This document shows positions 28,474 to 36,485 of a stretch of DNA of 40,809 nucleotides, one piece after another. Both the position numbers and the translations under genes were made by a program. The notes beneath the pieces were generated by a model. That model was not told the origin of the DNA, searched no databases, and was given only the letters and a program-made list of their open reading frames with translations. How positions within the stretch are numbered: position 1 is the first letter of the stretch; the number at the start of each line of letters is the position of its first letter. The DNA is from Candidatus Eiseniibacteriota bacterium (GTDB lineage Bacteria > Eisenbacteria > RBG-16-71-46). The stretch is taken from NCBI GenBank assembly GCA_031370785.1, contig JANMQY010000018.1:1-40809 (forward strand), read 5' to 3'.

Positions 28474-29304
28474 ATGCCACGCTCCGCCGCCGCCAAGCCC
28501 GCTGCCCCACGTCTCACCCTGGTCCGTCGCCGCACTGCCGTGCGCGCTGTGCCGGAGCCCGCACCGCAACCGGTGACGTACTGCAAGAACGACCTGCTCA
28601 AGCGCTTCACGCCGCTGGTGAGGCACGTGGTCGAGCGCGTCGCGGCGACCCTGCCGCGCAACGTCGACCACGAGGATCTGTACTCCGCCGGAGTGCTCGG
28701 ACTGCTGGATGCGCATGCCAAGTTCGACACCGGCAAGGGCGTGAAGTTCGAAACCTATGCGGTGTGGCGCATCAAGGGCGCCGTGCTCGATCAGCTGCGC
28801 GCGCTGGACTGGGTGTCGCGTTCGATGCGGCGCAAGGCGCGCAATCTGGACGGCATCACCCGCAAGCTCGACCAGAGGCTGGGTCGCGCCGCCTCCGAGG
28901 AGGAAGTCGCGCGCGAGATGAAGATGAACCGCGCGGACTTCTACCGCCTGCTCGACCACGTTCGCGGAGCCGTGCTGGTCTCGCTCGACGAGAGCCGCTC
29001 CGGCGACGATCAGGAGCCCTCGACCCTCGCCGATCACCTGGCGGATCCCAACGCCCCGGACCTGGAAGCGAGGCTCGAGGACGAGCAGACCCGCCACGTC
29101 ATGCTGCGCACGCTCGACCAGCTTCCCGAGCAGGAGCGGCTGGTCGTCGCGCTCTACTACTATGAGCACCTCACGCTCAAGGAGATCGGACGCACGCTCG
29201 GCATCTCCGAGTCCCGGGTCTCGCAGGTCCACACCCGTGCGATGCTCCGGCTGCGCCTCAGGCTGCACAAGGCGGTGGTCGGCGGCGAGGAACGCGCGGC
29301 GTGA
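28474..29304 (+). CDS. fliA: RNA polymerase sigma28 factor FliA/WhiG
   Basis: EDLYSAGVLGLLDA, KFETYAVWRIKGAVLDQLRALDW, LYYYEHLTLKEIG..LGISESRVSQVH. Confidence 0.93.
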   Translation: MPRSAAAKPAAPRLTLVRRRTAVRAVPEPAPQPVTYCKNDLLKRFTPLVRHVVERVAATLPRNVDHEDLYSAGVLGLLDAHAKFDTGKGVKFETYAVWRIKGAVLDQLRALDWVSRSMRRKARNLDGITRKLDQRLGRAASEEEVAREMKMNRADFYRLLDHVRGAVLVSLDESRSGDDQEPSTLADHLADPNAPDLEARLEDEQTRHVMLRTLDQLPEQERLVVALYYYEHLTLKEIGRTLGISESRVSQVHTRAMLRLRLRLHKAVVGGEERAA

Positions 29305-29702
29305 GCACCCGCCCCTCTCAGCACCCGGCGATGCCGGGCGGAGCGCCGTACGTGGCGCTGGCCGAGCGCCTTCGAACGCTCGCCGTGTCGCTGGACGCCG
29401 GCGTGCCGGCCGAGGCGACCCTGCTGCGCGAGCTGGTGGCGCAGTGGGAGAACGAGCAGCGCGAGTGGGACGAACGCATGCTGCGCATACTGTCGTTGCA
29501 CCACGACATCAACAACGCGCTGGTCGGCGTGCGCGGCAACGCGCAGCTGCTTCTGCTGAGCCCGATGGGCCAGCAGCCCGGCGCGAAGGATCGCCTGGAG
29601 ATCGTGATCCGGGAATCCACCCGTATTCGGGAGGCCGCGAGCATGCTTCGCGAGCTCAAACATGGCTTCAGCGGAATCGGGCCGTCCTCGCGCGCCGCGT
29701 GA
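29301..29702 (+). CDS. stand-alone HisKA/DHp phosphoacceptor domain protein
   Basis: H-box LHHDINNALVGVRGNAQLL followed by second helix RLEIVIRESTRIRE; no ATPase domain; GTGA overlap with fliA. Confidence 0.75.
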   Translation: MSTRPSQHPAMPGGAPYVALAERLRTLAVSLDAGVPAEATLLRELVAQWENEQREWDERMLRILSLHHDINNALVGVRGNAQLLLLSPMGQQPGAKDRLEIVIRESTRIREAASMLRELKHGFSGIGPSSRAA

Positions 29703-29712
29703 CGGTGCTCCG

Positions 29713-30639
29713 GTGAGCGACGTTGCGCGCCATGCCGACGGGCACGGTGCCGTCGCCGACCGGCGCCGGGCCTCGCGCTCGCTGTGGGCCGCATGCGAAG
29801 CGCTGCTCAGCGCCTCGGCCGACCCGCGGGCGCTGCCGCGTGCCCTCGACCGGCTGCTCGCCGCCTTCGAGTGCGATGGGGTTGCGCTGCACGCGCTCTC
29901 GCCCGGCGGCCAGATCGAGCCGTGGTGTGCGCGCGGGCTGTGGCGCACGGCGCCCGGCGACCTGCGCGACTGCCTCAGTGTCCCCTTGCTGCGCGGAACC
30001 GAACGCATCGGCACGCTCGACCTGCTCGCGCGTCCCGGGCAGCGCTTCCGCGCCGGGCACCTCACCTTGATCCGCACCGCATCCGGTGCGCTCGGCGCCG
30101 CGCTCGGCGCGCGCTTCGAGCTGGAGCGCTTGAGACACCTGCCCGGTCGCGACCCGGTGACCGGACTTCCCGATGCCCGGGTGTTCCACACCCGTCTCAC
30201 CGAGGAGCTGGCGCGCGCGCGCCGTCACGGTGTGGCGCTCTCAGTGGTGACGCTCGACCTCGACCACTTTGCCGCGCTCAATGCCCGTTACGGTCGCCCG
30301 GCCGGCGATGAGACGCTGGCCGAGGCCGCACTGGTGCTCAAGCTCACGCTGCGCGATTCCGACTTCCTCGCGCGGCTTGGCGGCGACACGTTCGCCGCGC
30401 TGCTGCCCGAGACCGACTCCGCCGCCGCGCGCCGCGCCGCGGATCGGCTGTGCCGCACTCTGGAGGAGCACCACTTCCCGCGCGTGGGCCGCATCACCAG
30501 CTCCGCCGGCGTCGCGGCCAGCCCGCGCGACGGGATGGACGCGCTCGAGCTCATGAACGCGGTCGACACCGCCCTTTCCACCGCCAAGAAGTCCGGACGG
30601 CGAAGGGTCGCGTCCTCGCCCGCGACCCGGACCCATTGA
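29713..30639 (+). CDS. GAF-like plus degenerate GGDEF protein
   Basis: DPVTGL, DLDHF and RDSDFLARLGGDTF (I-site RxxD present, GGDEF changed to GGDTF). Confidence 0.85.
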   Translation: MSDVARHADGHGAVADRRRASRSLWAACEALLSASADPRALPRALDRLLAAFECDGVALHALSPGGQIEPWCARGLWRTAPGDLRDCLSVPLLRGTERIGTLDLLARPGQRFRAGHLTLIRTASGALGAALGARFELERLRHLPGRDPVTGLPDARVFHTRLTEELARARRHGVALSVVTLDLDHFAALNARYGRPAGDETLAEAALVLKLTLRDSDFLARLGGDTFAALLPETDSAAARRAADRLCRTLEEHHFPRVGRITSSAGVAASPRDGMDALELMNAVDTALSTAKKSGRRRVASSPATRTH

Positions 30640-30656
30640 TTCCGGGAGGACCCGCG

Positions 30657-32393
30657 ATGCCACCGACACCCGAGGAGACGGTGGGAGCCGCCCCGGCGCC
30701 CGCATTGCCCGTGCCTCGCGTGCTGGTGGTGGACGACGAGCCCTCGGTCGTCGACGTCTTTCAGGAGTTCCTGGGCGGGCAGGGCTACGCGCTGATCATC
30801 GCCTCGAGCGGCGAGGAGGCGGTGCGCCTGATTCCCGAACTTCGCCCCGACATCATCCTGACCGACATCAACCTGCCGGGACTCTCGGGTCTCGAGGTGA
30901 TGCGCTACGCCAAGTCCGTCGACCCCGAGGTCGCGGTCATCGTGGTCACCGGCTACGCCTCCGCCTCGACCGCGATCGACGCCCTGCGCCAGGGCGCGTT
31001 CAACTACGTGACCAAGCCGTTCGACCTCGACGAAGTGCATCAGATCGTCGAGCGCGCGGTTGCGAACCGCCGCCTCAAGGCCATCAACCGCGAGCTGGTC
31101 GAGGACCTGCGCCAGAAGAACGAGATCCTGCAGCACCACGAGCAGGAGCTGCGCGAGCGGGTGCGGGTCGCGACCTTGCAGATGACCGCGCTCTACGATG
31201 TCGGCAAGGAGATCATGGCCGACCTCGAGCTGGCGCCGCGTGTCGCCATGATCGCCGGCAAGGCCGCTGCCCTCTCCGGGGCAACGGGCGCCATCATGTA
31301 CCTCAAGCGGGGGGAGAGCACCGATCTCCACCCGGTGACCGCGCACGGCCTGGTCCTGGCGCCGCCCGACGAGGTCGGGTGGATCCTCGGCAAGGCCGGG
31401 CCGATGGCGGTGCCCATGCTCGAGCAGAAGCCGGTGCGGGTTCGCTTCGCTCCCGGAGATGAGCCGCTGATCCTGCCCGGTGTGCCCGAACACCTGGTGA
31501 CCTCGCTGCTCGCGGTGCCGCTCATCACCGGTGGCGAGACCATCGGTGTCCTCGCGCTGGTGAACAAGCCCGAGGGATTCCACGACGACGACGAGAGCTT
31601 CATGGCGCTGTACGCCTCGCAGGCCGCGGCCGCCGTGCGCAACTCGCAGCTGTACGAACACACCAAGAGCCTGGACCGGCTCAAGTCCGAGTTCGTGGCG
31701 GTGGTCTCGCACGAGATCCGCACGCCGCTCACCTCGGTCAAGGGCGCGGTCGAGCTGCTCGCCGACGACCGGTTCTTCAAGAACACCGATCAGCAGACCA
31801 AGCTGCTCACCATCGCGCACGCCAACACCGAGCGTCTGCTCGAGCTGATCAACGGCATCCTCGACTTCTCGAAGCTCGAAGCGGCTTCGCTGCCGATGAC
31901 CGTCGAACGCCAGCGAATCGAGCCGGTGATCCAGCAGGCCGCGCACAACATGAGCACGCTGATCAATCAGCGGCGCATTCATCTCGAGGTGCATCTCGCC
32001 TCGGACCTGCCCGACCTCATGTTCGACGCCAATCGGGTCGCGCAGGTGATCACCAACCTGCTGTCGAACGCCATCAAGTTCTCGCCCCAGGACGGCAGGA
32101 TCGAGATCCGCGCGGAGCGCTGGGAGGGCATGGTACGGGTGGGAGTGGGCGACGAGGGAGAGGGGATCTCGAACGCCGACCTTCCCAAGCTGTTCAAGAA
32201 GTTCTCGCAGATCGATTCCGGATCGACGCGCAGGGTCGGAGGGACCGGGCTCGGTCTTGTGATCTGCAAGGGCATCGTCGAGCAGCTCGGCGGCAAGATC
32301 TGGGTGGAGAGTGTTCCCGACCAGGGGAGCACGTTCTACTTCACGCTGCCGCTCGCCGATTCGGTCGAAGCGGCTTCCTCGGCCGCCGCCTAG
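30657..32393 (+). CDS. hybrid sensor kinase REC-GAF-HisKA-HATPase
   Basis: VLVVDDE receiver, GAF (LLAVPL..GETIGVL), SHEIRTPLT, NLLSNAIKFS, DEGEGI and GGTGLGL; GGAGGA SD. Confidence 0.92.
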   Translation: MPPTPEETVGAAPAPALPVPRVLVVDDEPSVVDVFQEFLGGQGYALIIASSGEEAVRLIPELRPDIILTDINLPGLSGLEVMRYAKSVDPEVAVIVVTGYASASTAIDALRQGAFNYVTKPFDLDEVHQIVERAVANRRLKAINRELVEDLRQKNEILQHHEQELRERVRVATLQMTALYDVGKEIMADLELAPRVAMIAGKAAALSGATGAIMYLKRGESTDLHPVTAHGLVLAPPDEVGWILGKAGPMAVPMLEQKPVRVRFAPGDEPLILPGVPEHLVTSLLAVPLITGGETIGVLALVNKPEGFHDDDESFMALYASQAAAAVRNSQLYEHTKSLDRLKSEFVAVVSHEIRTPLTSVKGAVELLADDRFFKNTDQQTKLLTIAHANTERLLELINGILDFSKLEAASLPMTVERQRIEPVIQQAAHNMSTLINQRRIHLEVHLASDLPDLMFDANRVAQVITNLLSNAIKFSPQDGRIEIRAERWEGMVRVGVGDEGEGISNADLPKLFKKFSQIDSGSTRRVGGTGLGLVICKGIVEQLGGKIWVESVPDQGSTFYFTLPLADSVEAASSAAA

Positions 32394-32451
32394 CCTGACG
32401 TCGCGCCGGGTCCCGACGCTCCGCTCTCCTGGCGGAATTCCGACTCGGCCC

Positions 32452-32480
32452 TTGATTCCACCGGCGCGCGCGGATACTTT
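32452..32480 (+). promoter_or_regulatory. sigma70-type promoter
   Basis: TTGATT-N17-TACTTT upstream of the 32528 ORF. Confidence 0.5.
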
Positions 32481-32527
32481 CGATCCCGGATTCACATCGA
32501 CGTTCCGATACTCGAAGTGCTCCAGCC

Positions 32528-34261
32528 ATGATGGCACCCATGAGCGCCACGGACGACGCCCAACCCAGGAATCATCACGGCCGAACGCGCGGTAGCGCGG
32601 CCGGCGTGCTCGCGCTCGCGGCGATTCTGCCCGGCGCGCTACTCGGCGCGGCGATGCTCACGCTGCCCGACTTCCTTCCCTCGCTCCCACGATACGAGTG
32701 CGTGATTCCCTGGCGCGGGCCGGCCCCCGGGTTCGCGAGCGCGGCGTGGGGTGGCGAGCGCGCGGCGCTGGTGCTCGGCGGCAACGCGCTCAGCGCGCGG
32801 GCGCCCGGCGCCTCGGCCGCGCGCGCGTTCGCCGAGCGCCTCGCGCTGGCGCGGGCCACCGGTAGCGCTCCGGCCGGAAGGCGCGAACGCCTTCGCGCCG
32901 ACCTCGCGCGGCGCGACCTCGCTCCGCAGCCCGCGCTCGCGCCGGCGACCGAGTGCGCGGTGCTGCTGCGCGCGCGCGCGGCGATCGGGCGCGCTCTGGC
33001 CGGCGACGGCCCGGTCGGCGCCGAGGATGCGTCGAATGCCATGCCCGCCCTGATGCTCGAGGCCGATCGCGCGGTCGAGCAGGCAGCGCTCGCGCTCGAC
33101 CCCGCCGCGTTGCGCAGCGCGCTCACCGCTGCGGATCGCGCCGAGGCGAGCTGGCTCGGGACGCTGGCGCGCACCGAGCGTGCCGGGATGTTCGAGAGAT
33201 GGCGCGAGCGCGAGCGCGGCCGCGCGGCCGAGTTCGACGACGCGGCCTCGGTGCTGCTGGTCGAGGTGACCGAATTCCAGCGCGAGCTGGCCGGGTGGTG
33301 GCTGCCCGAGTTGGCGCTGCGGCTCGAGCCCGGCACGCCCGACGCCGGATCGGCCATCGCACAGGCGTCGGCGGCTTCTCTGCCCGAGCCACGGCCGTGG
33401 TGGCCGGCGTGGCTCGCCGCCGCGCTGTGCGGCGCGCTGCTCGTGAGCACCGGAACCTTCGCGCTCGCCCGCAGTCGTCCGATGCGGCGCTTCTCCGAAG
33501 ATCCGGTGCGACGCGCCTCGCCGCAGACGAGCGAGGCGTGGCTGCACATCGTGAGCGGGAGGGACCCGGCTCACATCGCGCGGGCGATGCTCGACCTGGC
33601 CGCGCAGCTGACGAGGCCCGGGCAACGCACGCTCCTGATCGATGGCGCCCGCCGCCTGCTTCTGCACGAGCAGCTCGGCGCCGATTCGCGCTTCGGGCTC
33701 GCCGATTGCCTGGCCGGCGAGATGCCGCTGCTGGCGGCAACCCAGCAGGTCGGCGACGAGGGTCTCTTCGTGCTGGCCCACGGCGAGGCGGCGCGCGGCG
33801 AGCGCTGGTCCGCCCTTGGCCGGCTGCTCGAGGAGGCCCGGCCTCAGTTTGGCCGCGTGCTGCTCGCGATCGACGCTGCCGCGCCGCAGGCGGCGGGGGA
33901 CGCGCTCATGGGCCGGGTGCTGGAGGGCTGGTGGGCCGGCTTCGGACCGGGTCTGCCGAAGCTGGCGCTCGCGCTCTCGGAACGGACGGGCATATCATTC
34001 ACGTCCTTGACGTTGTCCGAATTACCCGAAGCATTGCCCGAGGTCCGCTCCAAGCGCCTTCAGGTGCTCCGTCCTGCGGATGTCACCCCCCAGACACTCC
34101 CCGCCATCACGCCCGCGACCGCCACAGCCGCGACGCGGCCTGAGGAGGTCGTGCTGGACTGCGACTTGCACGTCCGACAGCGGCTCCGGTTCCTCTTCTG
34201 GATGCGCCGCATCCAGGCCGAGAGCCAGCGTGAGGCCGTGACGCCGGCAAGCCGGCCCTGA
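32528..34261 (+). CDS. degenerate Wzc/CpsD-like membrane protein (TM-periplasmic-TM-pseudo-ATPase)
   Basis: two hydrophobic segments flanking a helical region; C-terminal LAAQL..GQRTLLIDG...LHEQLG...GLADCLAG typical of BY-kinase/MinD folds, but no Walker A GK[ST]. Confidence 0.55.
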   Translation: MMAPMSATDDAQPRNHHGRTRGSAAGVLALAAILPGALLGAAMLTLPDFLPSLPRYECVIPWRGPAPGFASAAWGGERAALVLGGNALSARAPGASAARAFAERLALARATGSAPAGRRERLRADLARRDLAPQPALAPATECAVLLRARAAIGRALAGDGPVGAEDASNAMPALMLEADRAVEQAALALDPAALRSALTAADRAEASWLGTLARTERAGMFERWRERERGRAAEFDDAASVLLVEVTEFQRELAGWWLPELALRLEPGTPDAGSAIAQASAASLPEPRPWWPAWLAAALCGALLVSTGTFALARSRPMRRFSEDPVRRASPQTSEAWLHIVSGRDPAHIARAMLDLAAQLTRPGQRTLLIDGARRLLLHEQLGADSRFGLADCLAGEMPLLAATQQVGDEGLFVLAHGEAARGERWSALGRLLEEARPQFGRVLLAIDAAAPQAAGDALMGRVLEGWWAGFGPGLPKLALALSERTGISFTSLTLSELPEALPEVRSKRLQVLRPADVTPQTLPAITPATATAATRPEEVVLDCDLHVRQRLRFLFWMRRIQAESQREAVTPASRP

Positions 34262-34434
34262 CTGAGCGCCACCTCCATTCGCAGTTCCGCAGTTCCGCTC
34301 GACCGGTTCGCCGCATTTCGGCGCCGGCCCGCGCAAGAGACCAGAGCGCCGCATCGTGCGCTCCGTGCTCGCGCCGCCGTTCCCGAGAAGCGCTCGCCCC
34401 GCGTTCCCGCGAGACCTGCACAAGGGCGGGTTAC

Positions 34435-35439
34435 ATGCGTGCTGTACTTCTCGAGAACCTGGATGCCGTCGGCGCCGCTGAGGGCGATGCCGATATACAC
34501 GCCGCGGCGCTGCGCGCGGCGGGCTGGACCGTTCATGCCGCGGTCGTGGGGCATGCCCCCGCCGCCGCTGATTCACTCTGCCTCGTTTCCCGAGAGCGGC
34601 TCACGCGATTCACGCGAGACGTGACCGGTCGCACTGGAGTGCGCGAGCTGGTGGCGCACGCCAAAGCCGACGCGGTGTTCGTGGCCTCCGGCGGGTCCGG
34701 TGGCGGCGATGTCGCCGAGTGGCTTCCCGTGGGGTCGCCGGCCTGGTGGTGGCCCACCGCATTTCTTCCCGGAAGCCCGCGCGGCGGCGCGCTCGAGCCG
34801 CTGGGTCCCGAGTTCGCTCACGACCCGACCTGCTGGGCGGTGGGAACGCTTCCGCGCGCCGGTCGTGGATTGCTCGCGCTGTGGGACGGTGACTTCGTGA
34901 TGTCGCCCGGGCCGCTTTCGGGCGGCGCGGGACGCCTCGCGCTCGATGCTTTCGCCGCGCTCGACGACTCGTGGAGCGGCGTCGAGTTCGTGGTGCTCGC
35001 CCATCCGCAGCCCGAGTTCGAAGTCTACGCCCGCACGCTCGGCATCGGACCTCGCCTCCACTTCGCGGGTCCCGCACCGCGCGAGGCCGAGCACTCGTGG
35101 CTGCTCTCGACCTCGGCCGTGCTGATCGCGGGCGATGAGCCGCTCGCGGGAGGCGCCGTGCTTCGCGCGCTCGCGAGCGGTGCGCCGCTGCTCACGATCG
35201 GAGTCGGCGGCGTCTCGGGAAAGGTGCGCTGCACCTTGACCGACCTCGGCTGTAAGCCTCCGCCTGCGCACGATGCGACGAGCGCGGCACTCGCGCTCGA
35301 TGAGGCGCTGCAGCGCACCGATCCCGTCGAGCAGCGCTGCACTGCGGGTCGCGCGGTGGCGGGCGCCTTCAGCCTGAGCGCGCTCACTGCGCGCCTTTCC
35401 CCGTTGATGGCGCCGCGCCGTCAGAAGCGCGCCGCGTAG
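34435..35439 (+). CDS. divergent GT-B glycosyltransferase-like protein
   Basis: LRAAGWTVH, RLHFAG and VLRALASGAPLL resemble the GT4 fold, but without the canonical acidic motif. Confidence 0.5.
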   Translation: MRAVLLENLDAVGAAEGDADIHAAALRAAGWTVHAAVVGHAPAAADSLCLVSRERLTRFTRDVTGRTGVRELVAHAKADAVFVASGGSGGGDVAEWLPVGSPAWWWPTAFLPGSPRGGALEPLGPEFAHDPTCWAVGTLPRAGRGLLALWDGDFVMSPGPLSGGAGRLALDAFAALDDSWSGVEFVVLAHPQPEFEVYARTLGIGPRLHFAGPAPREAEHSWLLSTSAVLIAGDEPLAGGAVLRALASGAPLLTIGVGGVSGKVRCTLTDLGCKPPPAHDATSAALALDEALQRTDPVEQRCTAGRAVAGAFSLSALTARLSPLMAPRRQKRAA

Positions 35440-35480
35440 CGGCCCGACAGACCTGCGGTCCGCCGGCCGCATGCCGCGGT

Positions 35481-35509
35481 TTGCGCCTTACGGCACGGGC
35501 CGCTAACTT
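35481..35509 (+). promoter_or_regulatory. sigma70-type promoter for the epimerase
   Basis: TTGCGC-N17-TAACTT. Confidence 0.45.
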
Positions 35510-35552
35510 ACCGAACCTCGGCCCCGTTCCACCCACCCTCATGGAGGACGAC

Positions 35553-36479
35553 GTGCGCATTCTGGTGACCGGAGGAGCGGGGTTCATCGGCTCCAACGTG
35601 GTGGATCGCTTCGTCGCGCTCGGGCACGAAGTCGCGGTGTTCGACGACCTGTCGAGCGGCGTGCGCGAGTTCGTGAATCCGAAGGCGAAACTCTTCGAGG
35701 CCGACCTCACCGACGCCGCGGCGGTCGAGGCCTGCTTGGCCTCATTCCGGCCCGAGGTCGTGGACCACCACGCGGCGCAGATCGACGTGCGCAAGTCGGT
35801 CGAGGACCCGATCCACGACGCGCGCACCAACATCCTCGGCGCGCTCGCGCTGCTGCAGAGCTGCACCCGGCATGGGGTGCGCAAGTTCGTGTACGCCTCG
35901 ACCGGCGGCGCGCTCTATGGCGAGGGCCGCACGCTTCCCGCCACCGAGGATCATCCGGTCAATCCCGAGTCGCCCTACGGGGTGAGCAAGCACACGCTCG
36001 AGCACTACCTCTATTTGTGGAAACTGCTCCACGGGCTCGACTATACCGTGCTGCGCTACCCGAACGTCTATGGCCCACGCCAGAACCCGCACGGCGAGGC
36101 CGGTGTGAACGCGATCTTCATCGGGCTCATGCTGCACGGAAAGCACCCGAAGATCTTCGGGACCGGGGACCAGGTGCGCGACTATCTCTACGTCGGCGAC
36201 GTGGTGGACGCGAACGTGATCGCACTCGAGCGGGGAAGCGGCGAGATGTTCAACCTCGGCACCGGCGTCGGAACCTCGGTCAACGACATCGTGCGCGAGC
36301 TGAACTCGATCCTGGGCACCCGGCTGGATCCGATCCACGAGCCGCCGCGCGCCGGCGAGGTGCAGCGCATCTACCTCGACGCCACGCGCGCGAAGCAGGT
36401 GTTGGGCTGGGCGCCCAGGGTGAGCTTCCGCGACGGGCTCACCCGCACGGTCGAGTGGTCGCGTGAGGCCGGGGTCTAG
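35553..36479 (+). CDS. NAD-dependent nucleotide-sugar epimerase/dehydratase (UDP-glucose 4-epimerase-like)
   Basis: VTGGAGFIGS, YxxxK (YGVSK), RYPNVYGPRQ and RDYLYVGD; GTG start after GGAGG. Confidence 0.92.
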   Translation: MRILVTGGAGFIGSNVVDRFVALGHEVAVFDDLSSGVREFVNPKAKLFEADLTDAAAVEACLASFRPEVVDHHAAQIDVRKSVEDPIHDARTNILGALALLQSCTRHGVRKFVYASTGGALYGEGRTLPATEDHPVNPESPYGVSKHTLEHYLYLWKLLHGLDYTVLRYPNVYGPRQNPHGEAGVNAIFIGLMLHGKHPKIFGTGDQVRDYLYVGDVVDANVIALERGSGEMFNLGTGVGTSVNDIVRELNSILGTRLDPIHEPPRAGEVQRIYLDATRAKQVLGWAPRVSFRDGLTRTVEWSREAGV

Positions 36480-36485
36480 CCGCTC

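Noticed and set aside
32484..32511. TCCGATAC as a sigma28 -10 element upstream of the Wzc-like gene
   Set aside because: No -35 at the spacing seen in the two good sites; a sigma70-like promoter explains the region better
34469..34496. GCCGATAT as a third sigma28 -10 element
   Set aside because: Inside a CDS, and the position 20 nt upstream reads TCGGC rather than T[AC]AAG
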